A stretch of DNA of 64,000 bases from an uncultured Ignavibacteriaceae bacterium. GTDB taxonomy: Bacteria > Bacteroidota > Ignavibacteria > UBA10030. The translations under genes were made by a program, and so were the position numbers. The notes under the pieces were generated by a model. That model did no database searches and had not been told where the DNA came from. It worked only from the letters and a program-made list of their open reading frames with translations. This document shows, in pieces, positions 13,292-23,301 of this stretch (positions are counted from its first letter, which is position 1; the number at the start of each line of letters is the position of its first letter). The stretch spans positions 13,396-77,395 of the forward strand of contig CAYZRX010000004.1 in assembly GCA_964480945.1 (NCBI GenBank), in the 5' to 3' direction.

Positions 13292-13674
13292 CGGAGCAGA
13301 TCGCACTCTATCTCCTCATCGGTCTCCTTCTTCTGCTCTTCCTTCGCAAGACGCTTCTAGCCCGATCCATCACGCAGTACACCCCCAACGAGGTACAGGA
13401 GAAGAGTCACAGCAACGGGAACGTCGTGTTGCTCGACGTGCGGTCAAACCGAGAGTGGTCGGCTGGGCACATCAAAGGTGCAGTTCACATCCCGCTGCAC
13501 GAGTTGCAACGCAGAATCGATGAGCTGGAGAGATTCAAGGGCAGGGAGGTCATCTGCTATTGTCAATCGGGAAACAGAAGCCTCTCTGCAGCAGTCAGGT
13601 TGAGAAGGTACGGTTTCACCGCTGCAAATATGAGAGGAGGCATCGGCGAGTGGAATTTTCAGGGTTTTCGATAG
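13288..13674 (+). CDS. Rhodanese-domain sulfurtransferase with an N-terminal transmembrane anchor.
   Basis: Overlaps the previous gene by 4 nt. Has an N-terminal hydrophobic helix. Active-site loop is CYCQSGNRS. Confidence 0.75.
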   Translation: MTEQIALYLLIGLLLLLFLRKTLLARSITQYTPNEVQEKSHSNGNVVLLDVRSNREWSAGHIKGAVHIPLHELQRRIDELERFKGREVICYCQSGNRSLSAAVRLRRYGFTAANMRGGIGEWNFQGFR

Positions 13675-13676
13675 GC

Positions 13677-13865
13677 GTGCGGCGGCTCAGGCGCCTGCTG
13701 CCACTGCTCCTCGGCGCCGCCGGAGGCTTTGCGTACTACTATTTCATCGGCTGCACGACCGGCTCCTGCCCGATCACAAGCAATCCGTGGATCAGCACGG
13801 GTTATGGAGCCCTCGTGGGTGCGATACTGGCTTTCGGGGCTGGATCGAAATCAAGAAAGACCTAA
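13677..13865 (+). CDS. Small (62 aa) membrane protein with a CxxxxC motif (DUF6132-like), GTG start.
   Basis: GTG sits 2 nt after the rhodanese stop. Product reads VRRLRRLLPLLLGAAGGFAYYYFIGCTTGSCPITSNPWISTGYGALVGAILAF, two hydrophobic helices around CTTGSC. Family assignment is from memory of small proteins that accompany rhodaneses in Bacteroidetes. Confidence 0.35.
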   Translation: MRRLRRLLPLLLGAAGGFAYYYFIGCTTGSCPITSNPWISTGYGALVGAILAFGAGSKSRKT

Positions 13866-13882
13866 TAAAAGGAGAGCAATTG

Positions 13883-14269
13883 ATGGGATATGGATTTTCG
13901 AAAACTTCGGCGCTCCCCTATGAAGAAGCGATCGAGAAGGTGACCGAAGAGTTGAAGAAGGAAGGGTTCGGTGTGTTGACGACGATCGACGTTCGAGAGA
14001 CGTTGAAGAAGAAACTGAACGTGGATTTTGACAAGTACATGATCCTCGGGGCGTGCAATTCGCCGTTCGCGTACAAGGCTCTGCAGGCCGAGGAACAGGT
14101 AGGACTGCTGCTGCCCTGCAACGTGATCGTGTATGAAAAATCGGGAAGGACGGTTGTGGCGGCCTTCGATCCGATGTCGATGACGAAGTTGGTGGACAAC
14201 GAGAGTATCAAGCCGGTTGCTGAGGAAGTGAAGAGGAAGCTTCAGCGGGTCGTCGATGCCATGCCGTAA
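13883..14269 (+). CDS. DUF302-domain protein.
   Basis: ORF 13787..14269 trimmed to the Met preceded by AAAAGGAGAG. MGYGFSKTSALPYEEAIEKV...LPCNVIVYEK matches the DUF302 fold commonly linked to rhodanese/TusA genes. Confidence 0.7.
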   Translation: MGYGFSKTSALPYEEAIEKVTEELKKEGFGVLTTIDVRETLKKKLNVDFDKYMILGACNSPFAYKALQAEEQVGLLLPCNVIVYEKSGRTVVAAFDPMSMTKLVDNESIKPVAEEVKRKLQRVVDAMP

Positions 14270-14281
14270 GCAGGCGATCGT

Positions 14282-14983
14282 CTAGGAATCCATATCGTCC
14301 AGTTCCTTCTGTGCCCGCTTGGCAAAGTCGGAACCGGGGAGAACCGAAATCGCCTTCTGCAAGAGCTGGCGCGCCGTATCGTAGTCATCGGCCCTCTTGT
14401 ATGCCACTCCGCCATAGTAGTAGATCGTAGCCTTCAGTTGAGGCGTCTGCTCGGGGAATTCCGGATGTCTGAGCAAGACGATGAAGTCCTCAAGAGCGAC
14501 GGGCAATCGGCCGTACCGTCCGGGCAAGCTGAGGCTGTTGATCCCCCGCAGCAATCTCACCATCATATTGTACGGCTCCATCTCGATCGCCTTGTCCAGG
14601 TCCTCTCCGCTTTTCCGCACGTAATTCAGCTTCGACGGCGGCCACCACGCGTCCAGAGCGCGATAGGTCCAGAGACTTCCACGATACGCGAGCGCGACCG
14701 CGTTCGACGAATCGATCTCGAGGACCCTGTTGAAGCACTCGAAGGCCTTCTCCACCATCCCATCATCTCCCTCCGCAGCCCGATCGTGATAGATCCGGCC
14801 GAGCTCCATCAGCGTGGTCTCATCGTTCGGATTTGCCTTGAGCCTCGCTTCAAGGTCTCCGATGTTGTCTTGCCCGAAGCAAAGACCTACAAATGACAGC
14901 CAAAACAACGGGATCCACAGGATGATGAGGTTGAGACGCGTGGGCCTAGCATCCGGCAAGAGCGCGGGTTTGCCCGCGGCCAT
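14282..14983 (-). CDS. TPR-like repeat protein with an N-terminal membrane anchor or signal.
   Basis: ORF 14282..15169 trimmed to the MAAGK start. Has a hydrophobic segment (LNLIILWIPLFWLSFVGLCFG) followed by helical-repeat sequence. Confidence 0.55.
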   Translation of the reverse strand: MAAGKPALLPDARPTRLNLIILWIPLFWLSFVGLCFGQDNIGDLEARLKANPNDETTLMELGRIYHDRAAEGDDGMVEKAFECFNRVLEIDSSNAVALAYRGSLWTYRALDAWWPPSKLNYVRKSGEDLDKAIEMEPYNMMVRLLRGINSLSLPGRYGRLPVALEDFIVLLRHPEFPEQTPQLKATIYYYGGVAYKRADDYDTARQLLQKAISVLPGSDFAKRAQKELDDMDS

Positions 14984-15062
14984 GTCTCTCTCTCGGGAAA
15001 AGTATTGTCGTGACTGCTCCACGGTCATAGCATGAACTCTGCCGTGCAGGTTGTGTTCGGGA

Positions 15063-15704
15063 TCATGCACGCTCCACCTCCTTCCGTGAAGGTAGAGGGA
15101 GTTGAGCGAGACGCGGCCGCATGAAGACCCAGAGCCGGTAGCCGAGGAGTACGGCAAGGATTGCCGCATACACGAGCGGCGGCCGTGTGTCCGCTTTCAC
15201 CAGCCAGAGATAATGAATCACCCCGGCGATCGCCGTCACATAGACGAGCCGATGCAGCTGCCGCCATCTCTTCCCACCCATCCATTTCGCGATCCTGTCC
15301 ATCGAAGTCGCAGCGAGGGGGATCATGAGCACGAACGCAGTGAAGCCGACCGCAATGAACGGCCGCTTGGGGATGTCATGCAGGATCGAGTCGAAGTCAA
15401 AAAACTGATCGAGATAGAGGTAGGTCATGAAATGAAGCGAAGCGTAGAAGAATGCAAACAATCCGAACATTCTGCGAAGGCGCTGGATGCCGGTCCAACC
15501 GGTCAGCCTCCGCAACGGGGTCACCGCCAGCGTAATCATCAGAAATCTCAGGGTCCACGTCCCGGTCTCGTGCGTGATATCGCTGATCGGGTTCGCGCTG
15601 AGCTCCCCGTTGAACCCGTGCCACGCAAGCAAACCGAGCGGGACCAGCGCGGCGACAAAGGCCAGAGGCTTGATCACTCGCTTCATCCATTGAGCTTGCG
15701 TCAT
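15063..15704 (-). CDS. msrQ: Protein-methionine-sulfoxide reductase heme-binding subunit MsrQ (YedZ family).
   Basis: 213 aa, six predicted TM helices with conserved His residues. Lies immediately downstream of msrP. Confidence 0.8.
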   Translation of the reverse strand: MTQAQWMKRVIKPLAFVAALVPLGLLAWHGFNGELSANPISDITHETGTWTLRFLMITLAVTPLRRLTGWTGIQRLRRMFGLFAFFYASLHFMTYLYLDQFFDFDSILHDIPKRPFIAVGFTAFVLMIPLAATSMDRIAKWMGGKRWRQLHRLVYVTAIAGVIHYLWLVKADTRPPLVYAAILAVLLGYRLWVFMRPRLAQLPLPSRKEVERA

Positions 15705-15716
15705 ACCATCCTGCGG

Positions 15717-16661
15717 TTAGAAGTGCTTCCGAAGATCCATGCCGGCGTAGAGATGAGCAACCTGATCGGCGTAGCCGTTGAACATGAGCGTCTTGCGCTT
15801 GAAGAACTCACCGATGCGGCGCTCGGTCTTCTGGCTCCATCTCGGATGGTCGACCTCCGGGTTGACGTTGGAGTAGAAGCCGTATTCATTGGGAGCGTAA
15901 ATATTCCACGCCGTGGGCGGCTGCTGCTCGATGAACGAGATTCTGACGATGGACTTGATCCCCTTGAAACCGTACTTCCATGGTATCACCAGGCGGATCG
16001 GGGCACCGTTCTGGTTCAGAAGATCCTTGCCGTACAATCCGACAACGAGCAACGTCAGGGGATGCATCGCCTCGTCCAGACGCAAGCCTTCGACGTAGGG
16101 CCATTGCAGGACCGATCGCCGCTGGCCGGGCATCTCCGACGGCCTGTAGACGGTTTCGAACGCGACGAACTTCGCTTTTGAAGTCGGCTCCACCCTTTTG
16201 ATCAGATCAGCCAGAGGGAAGCCGCGCCACGGGATGACCATGGACCATCCCTCGACGCATCTCATGCGATAGATCCGGTCCTCGAGCTTGTGAAGCCTCA
16301 CGAGGTCTTCCAGATGATAGACGGCCGGTTTCTTCACTGCGCCCTCGATTTTCACCGTCCACGGTCTCGGCTTGAAGTCGCCCGAATACTCCGAGGGATC
16401 GCTCTTGTCCGTCCCAAACTCGTAGAAATTGTTGTACGTGGTGATCTCTTTGAAGGTGTTGACCTCTTCATCCGTATCGTACGGTCCCTTCTTCCCTTTC
16501 GGCCATCTCTCCTGACCGAAGATCCGGCCCGGAAGAAGCGTCTCCGCGGCCAGTCCTATCCCTGCAGCGGAAGCGGTCCGCATGAATTCTCGTCGACTGA
16601 AGTACAGGTCCTCCCGGGTGATCTCGGAAGATCGGATGTCGTTTTGCTTTTTGATCAGCAT
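15717..16661 (-). CDS. msrP: Protein-methionine-sulfoxide reductase catalytic subunit MsrP (YedY family, molybdopterin-dependent) with a Tat signal.
   Basis: ORF 15717..16904 trimmed to MLIKK. Twin-arginine motif [18 protein letters not shown]. YedY/sulfite-oxidase-family Moco domain. Confidence 0.8.
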   Translation of the reverse strand: MLIKKQNDIRSSEITREDLYFSRREFMRTASAAGIGLAAETLLPGRIFGQERWPKGKKGPYDTDEEVNTFKEITTYNNFYEFGTDKSDPSEYSGDFKPRPWTVKIEGAVKKPAVYHLEDLVRLHKLEDRIYRMRCVEGWSMVIPWRGFPLADLIKRVEPTSKAKFVAFETVYRPSEMPGQRRSVLQWPYVEGLRLDEAMHPLTLLVVGLYGKDLLNQNGAPIRLVIPWKYGFKGIKSIVRISFIEQQPPTAWNIYAPNEYGFYSNVNPEVDHPRWSQKTERRIGEFFKRKTLMFNGYADQVAHLYAGMDLRKHF

Positions 16662-16770
16662 AGAAGAATGCCTTTCGAGAGCGTTGGTATCATTCACAAC
16701 GCCCCCGGGCCGGTGTTTGTTCCACGTATTCAGGAACGTGACGGAACGGTGGGCGGGCTCCCGAACGTCC

Positions 16771-18378
16771 TCAAGTCCTCTCCTGCTTCCACCACCGATC
16801 GACGACTTCGGGTATATCCGTCTTGACGTCGCTCTGCTTCCATTTGTCGAAGAACTGGATGTCGGCGCTGGAGGGTTGGGGATTGGGGAAGTCGATCTGC
16901 ACACGAAGCGGCATGGGGATCGCCTCGCCGACGATCAGTGCCTCGCCCTGACGGAGCGATGGAAGGGTATCGATCAGGCCGGCGAAGGTGTCGGACATCA
17001 GTTTGCGGACGTAGCCCTGGTCGACGGGGTTTGTCAAACGCAGGATCACGAAGTTGTTGCACTGTGAGAGGATCGTTTCCGATACCTCGGCGGGCCGCTG
17101 GCTGACGATCATGCAGCTCACGCCGTACTTCCTTCCCTCCTTCGCGATCCGCTCCACCGTGCGCCGGGCGGCGCCGCTGCCGGCTTCCCCGCTGGGCAGA
17201 TAGTTGTGGGCTTCCTCGAAGACGAGGAGGATCGGGAAGTCGCGGCGATTCGCGTTCCAGAAATTGAAGTCGAACGCAAGCCGCGCCAGGAGCGAGACGA
17301 TCGTGTTCACGATATCAAACGGAACACCGCTCAGGTCCATGATCGTTATCTGCTGGCTCTCATTCGCCCCGAACATGTTCAGCAAGAGCTCCTTGAAGGA
17401 AGACGATTGCACGTAGGACCTCGGCTTGAACATGAACGAGTAGCGGGGATCATTCAACCGGCTATCTAATCGCACGAGGAATCGTGAGAATTTTCCGTAG
17501 AACGGACCCTCCTTCGCGACGGTCCCCAACCCGGAGATCTTCTCCGTATCGAGGTACTGGATCTTCGCACGCACCTCCGAGAGGTCGAAATAGACGGGCG
17601 TGTCGACGGTGAGGACGTCGGCAAGCTGGGGGTTTTTCCCTTTCTTGGACGCGACGACCAGATCTTTCAGAACGGTCGTCTGGCTTGCTGCATTCTCATC
17701 GCGTGGATCGATAAACATCTCCTCCAGCTCCGCCAGGTTCATCAACCAGTACGGAAGCTCGAACTCGGCGATATCCAGGCGCTTGCTGCTGTCCGGGAAT
17801 GCTGCGCTGTACTCATTGTGAATGTCCAGGATAATCACATTGGTGTCCGGATAGGGTGCGACTTTCTGGAGGATCGACGACACCGTGCACGATTTTCCCG
17901 AGCCGCTCGATCCCAGGATCGCCATGTGCTTTCCGAAGAAACGATTGGGGTCGAGGTACGCTCGCTCCCTCTCAAAGAGTGACAGCTGGCCGACGGAGAA
18001 CCCGTATTTACGAAAAACGGAGAACACGGCCGTCAAGTCCGCATCCTCCGCAATGAAGATCGGCGAATCGACCGGAGGGATCACGGAGACGCCACGCTCG
18101 TAACGGCCCGCCTTCACCGTTCCCACAAGATTCAGATCCATCACGCACCGTTGACTGAGATTGCCATTCTCCGAGAAGTCGATTCTTTTGAACTCGGATA
18201 CCATGGAAACGATGATGAGCTTTCCCACCGGGACCAACACGTACGTCCCGATCTGTCCGATATAGTACAGCCTCCCATTGATTTCACGGGTAAGGTTCTT
18301 GATCTCGGGATCAATGACGGCGGTCAGCGTCCCGCTCGTGACGCCCGTGACAACGCCGATGCGCTTCTGTTCAGTCAT
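16771..18378 (-). CDS. HerA-like FtsK/HerA-superfamily ATPase (DUF87 helicase-like), stand-alone.
   Basis: N-terminal HAS-barrel-like region ([19 protein letters not shown]...YVLVPVG). Walker A is [10 protein letters not shown]. Walker B is [14 protein letters not shown]-terminal [27 protein letters not shown]. Confidence 0.75.
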   Translation of the reverse strand: MTEQKRIGVVTGVTSGTLTAVIDPEIKNLTREINGRLYYIGQIGTYVLVPVGKLIIVSMVSEFKRIDFSENGNLSQRCVMDLNLVGTVKAGRYERGVSVIPPVDSPIFIAEDADLTAVFSVFRKYGFSVGQLSLFERERAYLDPNRFFGKHMAILGSSGSGKSCTVSSILQKVAPYPDTNVIILDIHNEYSAAFPDSSKRLDIAEFELPYWLMNLAELEEMFIDPRDENAASQTTVLKDLVVASKKGKNPQLADVLTVDTPVYFDLSEVRAKIQYLDTEKISGLGTVAKEGPFYGKFSRFLVRLDSRLNDPRYSFMFKPRSYVQSSSFKELLLNMFGANESQQITIMDLSGVPFDIVNTIVSLLARLAFDFNFWNANRRDFPILLVFEEAHNYLPSGEAGSGAARRTVERIAKEGRKYGVSCMIVSQRPAEVSETILSQCNNFVILRLTNPVDQGYVRKLMSDTFAGLIDTLPSLRQGEALIVGEAIPMPLRVQIDFPNPQPSSADIQFFDKWKQSDVKTDIPEVVDRWWKQERT

Positions 18379-18421
18379 GCCGCACCCCTTGCATAGATAT
18401 GCTGGAACGTGTCGCTTGTTT

Positions 18422-19663
18422 TCAATTCACTCGCTTGATAACTACGATGGTCTTGTCGTCGCTGTCTTCAGACCCTGAGGAGAACCGGAGGACGTCATCC
18501 AACAGTTGCTGGCAGACCTCTTTCGGGGTGAGGGAGGACAATTCTTGAATCTTGTCCGCAAGCCGCTTTTCGCCGTACATCTCCGCCCCGCCCCTCGCTT
18601 CCGTCACACCGTCGGTATAGAGAACAACGATGTCGCCTTTCTGAAGATGGGTGTTATCCACCCGGTATGCACCGTCGGGGAAGGGGCCCACCAGTTGACC
18701 GGTCGCTTCCAGGAGCTCGAACCGGTTCTCTCCCGTCCGGTAAAGAAGCGGGCTGTTGTGACCCGCGTTCGAGTAGAGCATCAATCCTTTCGGATCGTCC
18801 GACAACTCCGCGTAAAACATCGAAACGAACTGCTCCTCGGAAAACGACCTGTTCACCAGCTTATTGATATGGGACATCAACCAGGAGATCTTCGTGTGAT
18901 ACGACAATCCCATCCTCAAGGCGCCGACGACATACAGAGCCTGGGCAGCAGCCCGAAATCCTTTGCTCGCCGCGTCCCCTATCACCACGATCAGGCGGTC
19001 GCTCTCATCCTCGCTTCGAAGGTAATCAAAAAAATCTCCTCCCACAATTCGGTCAGCGAGGGAGACACCGTAGAGCTCGTAATGGTGGAATTTGAGCGCA
19101 TGTTGCGGAAGAATGCTCTGCTGGATCTCCCTCGCCTTGTCGAGCTCTTTCTCAAGCAGGTCGGCCTTCCGCTCCATCCTTCTTCTGCGCAGCAGTGTCG
19201 TGGCAGCCAGACTAATGATGTTGAGATCCGGCAGAATTGTCTCGTCGAGGGTATCGGAATTGAACGCGAGAACGTATTGGAAAACTTTGCCATTCTTCGT
19301 GTCGATTTTCTCGCCCACGCCGGTCGCGGAATAGCGTATGATCCCCTTCTTGCGGAGATACCGATCCGTCTCCGTTCCAATGACGCTCCGATGCTCCGCA
19401 AGCCGATAGAAAATTTGATAATCGGAGGCCTTGATCTGGTACCCCGGCTCTAGTCGATCGATGACGCCGATCTGGTGGATGAGCAGATATGATTCGGTGG
19501 AAGGCTCATACTGCCAGATCCGGCCTCCTTTCAAATCGATTGCTTCCTCCTTCACGATTTCATTGACGACGTGCTTCAACATCTCCTTGTCCGTTCTGAA
19601 GTGTTCGGACGCAAAGCTCTCAATCGTGCGGTACAGCCTGCGTTGATTCATCATAGCGATCAA
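18422..19663 (-). CDS. PP2C-family Ser/Thr phosphatase (SpoIIE/RsbU-like) with an N-terminal GAF-like sensory domain.
   Basis: C-terminal PP2C catalytic region (GGDFFDY..., VIGDAASKG, YTDGVTEA) after a ~180-aa N-terminal sensory domain. The gene ends 43 bp upstream of the HerA-like gene on the same strand. Confidence 0.8.
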   Translation of the reverse strand: MIAMMNQRRLYRTIESFASEHFRTDKEMLKHVVNEIVKEEAIDLKGGRIWQYEPSTESYLLIHQIGVIDRLEPGYQIKASDYQIFYRLAEHRSVIGTETDRYLRKKGIIRYSATGVGEKIDTKNGKVFQYVLAFNSDTLDETILPDLNIISLAATTLLRRRRMERKADLLEKELDKAREIQQSILPQHALKFHHYELYGVSLADRIVGGDFFDYLRSEDESDRLIVVIGDAASKGFRAAAQALYVVGALRMGLSYHTKISWLMSHINKLVNRSFSEEQFVSMFYAELSDDPKGLMLYSNAGHNSPLLYRTGENRFELLEATGQLVGPFPDGAYRVDNTHLQKGDIVVLYTDGVTEARGGAEMYGEKRLADKIQELSSLTPKEVCQQLLDDVLRFSSGSEDSDDKTIVVIKRVN

Positions 19664-20058
19664 ATTCCTTATCAGTCGGGGTCATTCACGATTCAGCAAG
19701 GCTCTGGGCCGATGCACAGCGGGTGCTCCGCACTGTGCCCTTCCGATCCGCCTCCCCTCCGGCGCGACCGTCGGAGAGCCGACGCTCAGCTCGTCTCGAA
19801 TCGCGGCAGAGTCCGTGACGAGACCGTGAGATCTGAACCGAAGGCGGAAGAGGTCGACGAGGAGGAGGATTTCGTGTCCGGACCATGTCTGGATGGCTTG
19901 TACCAACCTGCTGGTCCCCTCCTCGCAAGCGAAAGGAGACAAAGGAAAGGCTTGCGCGTTCGTGCTGTGAATCAAGGTAGCGAAATGTCCGCAGAAAATC
20001 AAACCTGACGATCCGCGCCAGCGCACACCATCGCACGTGGGGACATGCCTGAGCGCGC

Positions 20059-21183
20059 TCAGTCGACCTTCTTCCTGAAGCGCAGCACGCTCGCCACCAG
20101 GATGCACACACCCATGAACAAAAGCATCACCGCTTCCAGCCAGAGCGTGCTGAGACCGACACCTTTCAAGATGATCGAGCGGATGATGACGAGGTAGTAG
20201 CGCATCGGGATGGCGAGCGAAAGATACTGCAAAAGCTTCGGCATGTTTTCGATCGGAAAGACGAAACCCGAGATGTACATCATCGGCATCATCATGAAAA
20301 AGATCGCCGTCATCATCGCCTGCTGCTGGGTACGGGAGATGGTGGAGACGAAGAGGCCGACACCGAGCGACGTGAGGAGGAAAAATCCCGAGAGCACAAA
20401 GAGAAGGAGAACGCTTCCCTTGATGGGGATATCGAAGCCAAAGACCATCACGGAGATCACGACGGCGACGTTCGTGAATCCCACAATGGTGAACGGAATG
20501 AGCTTTCCGAGGATCAGTTCGGAGGGCTTGATCGGCGTGACCATGATCTGTTCCAGCGTGCCGATCTCCTTCTCCTTCACGATCGCCATCGCCGTCAGGT
20601 TCGTCGTCGTGATCAGGAGGATCAGAACGAGGACCCCGGGGACCATGAAATTCCTGCTCTTCAGCGAAGGGTTATACCACGCGCGGGTCTCGGCATCGAC
20701 CCGGCCGACCGGAAACTTTCCCCCGAGAACTTCTGTGAGAATTTGAGTTGATGATCGGACGATGATCTGGTTCACATACCCCATCGTCATAGCAGCCGTG
20801 CTGCCGTCGCTTCCGTCGAGTAGGATTTGCACGGTCGCCGGCTCTTTTCGAAGCACCTTGTCACCGAACTTCTGCGGGATGACGAGGGCCATCGAAGCCT
20901 TGTTGTCGTCGAGATACTCCTGAATCGTCCCATAGTCGTCCGTCGCGTATTCAACGGTAAAATAGCCTGAGTTCGTGAAGCTCTGGATGAAGGAGCGGCT
21001 TGTTGCTGTCTTATCGAGATCGCAAAGGACCATCGAGACATTTTTCAAATCGAGCGACGCGGCAAAGCCGAGAAGGGTCAGCTGGATCACGGGCGCCAGG
21101 AAGACGATCGGCAGCAGCTTCCGGTCCTTGACGAGCTGGCCGAATTCCTTCTTCAACAAGGCAACAATGCGCTGGATGCTCAT
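20059..21183 (-). CDS. ABC-2 type transporter permease (YhhJ/YbhS-like).
   Basis: 374 aa. N-terminal cytoplasmic helix, large periplasmic loop, then a C-terminal six-TM ABC-2 domain. Confidence 0.8.
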   Translation of the reverse strand: MSIQRIVALLKKEFGQLVKDRKLLPIVFLAPVIQLTLLGFAASLDLKNVSMVLCDLDKTATSRSFIQSFTNSGYFTVEYATDDYGTIQEYLDDNKASMALVIPQKFGDKVLRKEPATVQILLDGSDGSTAAMTMGYVNQIIVRSSTQILTEVLGGKFPVGRVDAETRAWYNPSLKSRNFMVPGVLVLILLITTTNLTAMAIVKEKEIGTLEQIMVTPIKPSELILGKLIPFTIVGFTNVAVVISVMVFGFDIPIKGSVLLLFVLSGFFLLTSLGVGLFVSTISRTQQQAMMTAIFFMMMPMMYISGFVFPIENMPKLLQYLSLAIPMRYYLVIIRSIILKGVGLSTLWLEAVMLLFMGVCILVASVLRFRKKVD

Positions 21184-21187
21184 CCTC

Positions 21188-22315
21188 TCACCCGATGGTC
21201 TTCCTCAGCCTCACGGTGCTGACGGCCAGCAGGACTGTGGCGAAGATGACGAGATAAACGATCTGTTCCCAGAATGCGGCGAGGCCCACCCCTTTCAGGA
21301 CGATGCTTCGGAGAATGACCAGATAGAACTTCGCGGGCGAAATATTGGAAAGCGCTTGCAGCCACCACGGCATACTTCGGATTGGAAAGACGAACCCTGA
21401 AAGGATGATCGCCGGGAGCATGGAGACGATGGCGGCGATCTGAAACGCAACCTGCTGGCTATCGGAGATCGTCGACACCAGGAGGCCGATGCTCAACGCC
21501 GCGACAACAAAAAGAAGCGTCGCACCGAACAGAATCAGTAGGCTCCCTTTGATCACGACATCGAAGAGCGCGTAGGCCGACAGAAGGACGAGGGCTGCCG
21601 CGACCAACGAAATGATCGCATACGGAATCAGCTTCCCGAGAATGAACTCCAGGGAATGGACCGGGGAGACGTTGATCTGCTCAATCGTATTGCGCTCCTT
21701 CTCGCGAACGATCGAGAGCGACGTCGCGATCACGGCCGTAATGGCGAGAATGAAACCGATGAGCCCGGGCACGAGGAACTTGGCACTCTTCAACTCAGGA
21801 TTGTACCAGATGCGGCCTTCATACTGAATCGGAATGTAGTTCCCCCTTCCGATGCGCGCAAGGCTCTTGAGGATGATCTTCTGCGTGTACTGCAGTGTCA
21901 CCGCCTGGGCGTACGCAACGACCGTGGTCGCCCGGCTCGCATCCGTTCCGTCCACCAATATCTGGACCGAGACTTCTTCGTTGGCCAGGAGCCGCTTCGA
22001 GAAATCCGGCGGGACCACCAGCACCATCCGGACGTCACCATCGTCGATCAGGCGAGTTGCCTCAGCGGATGTCCGGAGATTGCGAACGTACTGGAAATAG
22101 CCGGAGGTGACGAAGGAATTGATGAATTCCCTCGACTCGGTGCTCTTCTCGAGGTCCACCACGGCAGTCTTGATGTTCGTGACATCGAAGTTCAGCGCGT
22201 ACCCGTTCAGCAGAAGCAGGCCTGCGGGCACGAGGGTGAGTACGGCGAGCACACGTTTGTCGCGCCAAATGTGCCTGAACTCCTTTTTCACGATCGTCAA
22301 TATCCGGCGTCCCAT
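21188..22315 (-). CDS. ABC-2 type transporter permease, paralog of the adjacent gene.
   Basis: 375 aa, same architecture as 20059..21183. Confidence 0.8.
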   Translation of the reverse strand: MGRRILTIVKKEFRHIWRDKRVLAVLTLVPAGLLLLNGYALNFDVTNIKTAVVDLEKSTESREFINSFVTSGYFQYVRNLRTSAEATRLIDDGDVRMVLVVPPDFSKRLLANEEVSVQILVDGTDASRATTVVAYAQAVTLQYTQKIILKSLARIGRGNYIPIQYEGRIWYNPELKSAKFLVPGLIGFILAITAVIATSLSIVREKERNTIEQINVSPVHSLEFILGKLIPYAIISLVAAALVLLSAYALFDVVIKGSLLILFGATLLFVVAALSIGLLVSTISDSQQVAFQIAAIVSMLPAIILSGFVFPIRSMPWWLQALSNISPAKFYLVILRSIVLKGVGLAAFWEQIVYLVIFATVLLAVSTVRLRKTIG

Positions 22316-22326
22316 CTGAGAATCCT

Positions 22327-23292
22327 TCAGGCTGCTTTCTTTGCCTCTTGGTCGAGCAGATAGATGAACACATCCTCCAGCGACGGGATGATCCGATCGA
22401 TCTTGCTCAGCCGCACCCCGCTCGCCTCGAGCACCACCGGGAGTTCCGCGCGCGCCAGTTTTTCGTTCCGGACACTGACGTGCAAGCGCGTCCCGAACAC
22501 CGAAGTCTCGAGAGCCCAGGGTTCCCGCTCAATGACCGACATCGCCTCAATCACGCTGGAACACTGCACTTCCAGGATCGGAGTCTTGATATGCTCCTGC
22601 TTCAGCTGCTGAGGGCTCCCCCCGGCAATGATCCTTCCCGCGTTGATGAGGATGATGTCGTTACAGTATTCCGCCTCCTCAAGGTAATGTGTCGTTACCA
22701 ACACGGTGATGCCCTCCGCCGACAGATCGTTGATCAATTGCCAGAATTTTCTGCGCATGAGTGGATCCACACCGCTCGTCGGTTCATCCAGGAATACGAT
22801 TCTCGGCCGGTGCAGGACGGCACAGCCGAGCGCGAGCCGCTGTTTCCAGCCTCCGGACAACGTGCCCGTAATGCTTCTCTCGCGTCCCTGCAGGTTGGCG
22901 ATCTCGAGAACCCACCTCTTCCGCTCAGCGATCTGGCCGTTCGTGAGCCCGTAGACCCTGCCGAAAAAGTTGATGTTCTCGTCGACGGTCAGGTCCTCGT
23001 AGAGGGAGAACTTCTGGGACATGTACCCGATGTTCTCTTTCACCTTCTCCGGCTCTTTGTTGATGTCGAATCCCCCCACCCGCCCCGTGCCTTCAGTCGA
23101 TTGGAGAAGTCCGCACAACATCCTGATCGTCGTCGACTTCCCCGCACCGTTCGCCCCAAGGAAGCCGAAGATCTCCCCCTGCTTCACTTCAAAACTGATG
23201 TGATCGACGGCGCAGAACTTCCCGAAGCGCTTGGTGAGTCTGTCGACTTCAATCGCGTTGGAGGTCATCGTTTCATGAGGATCGATCGTCAT
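22327..23292 (-). CDS. ABC transporter ATP-binding protein.
   Basis: Walker A GANGAGKST, ABC signature LSGGWKQRL, Walker B IVFLDEPT. Confidence 0.85.
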   Translation of the reverse strand: MTIDPHETMTSNAIEVDRLTKRFGKFCAVDHISFEVKQGEIFGFLGANGAGKSTTIRMLCGLLQSTEGTGRVGGFDINKEPEKVKENIGYMSQKFSLYEDLTVDENINFFGRVYGLTNGQIAERKRWVLEIANLQGRERSITGTLSGGWKQRLALGCAVLHRPRIVFLDEPTSGVDPLMRRKFWQLINDLSAEGITVLVTTHYLEEAEYCNDIILINAGRIIAGGSPQQLKQEHIKTPILEVQCSSVIEAMSVIEREPWALETSVFGTRLHVSVRNEKLARAELPVVLEASGVRLSKIDRIIPSLEDVFIYLLDQEAKKAA

Positions 23293-23301
23293 TGGGATGA
23301 G

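Noticed and set aside
19664-20058. ORFs 19682..20107 (-) and 19686..20111 (-) in the 395-bp spacer
   Set aside because: They overlap each other in different frames and also overlap the permease stop. Their composition is low-complexity Arg/Gly/Ala-rich. Treated as non-coding promoter and terminator space.
20048-20061. Perfect 14-bp palindrome CTGAGCGCGCTCAG overlapping the ABC-2 permease stop codon
   Set aside because: No adjacent U-tract on either strand. Likely incidental or a minor structure, with no repeat copies elsewhere in the window.
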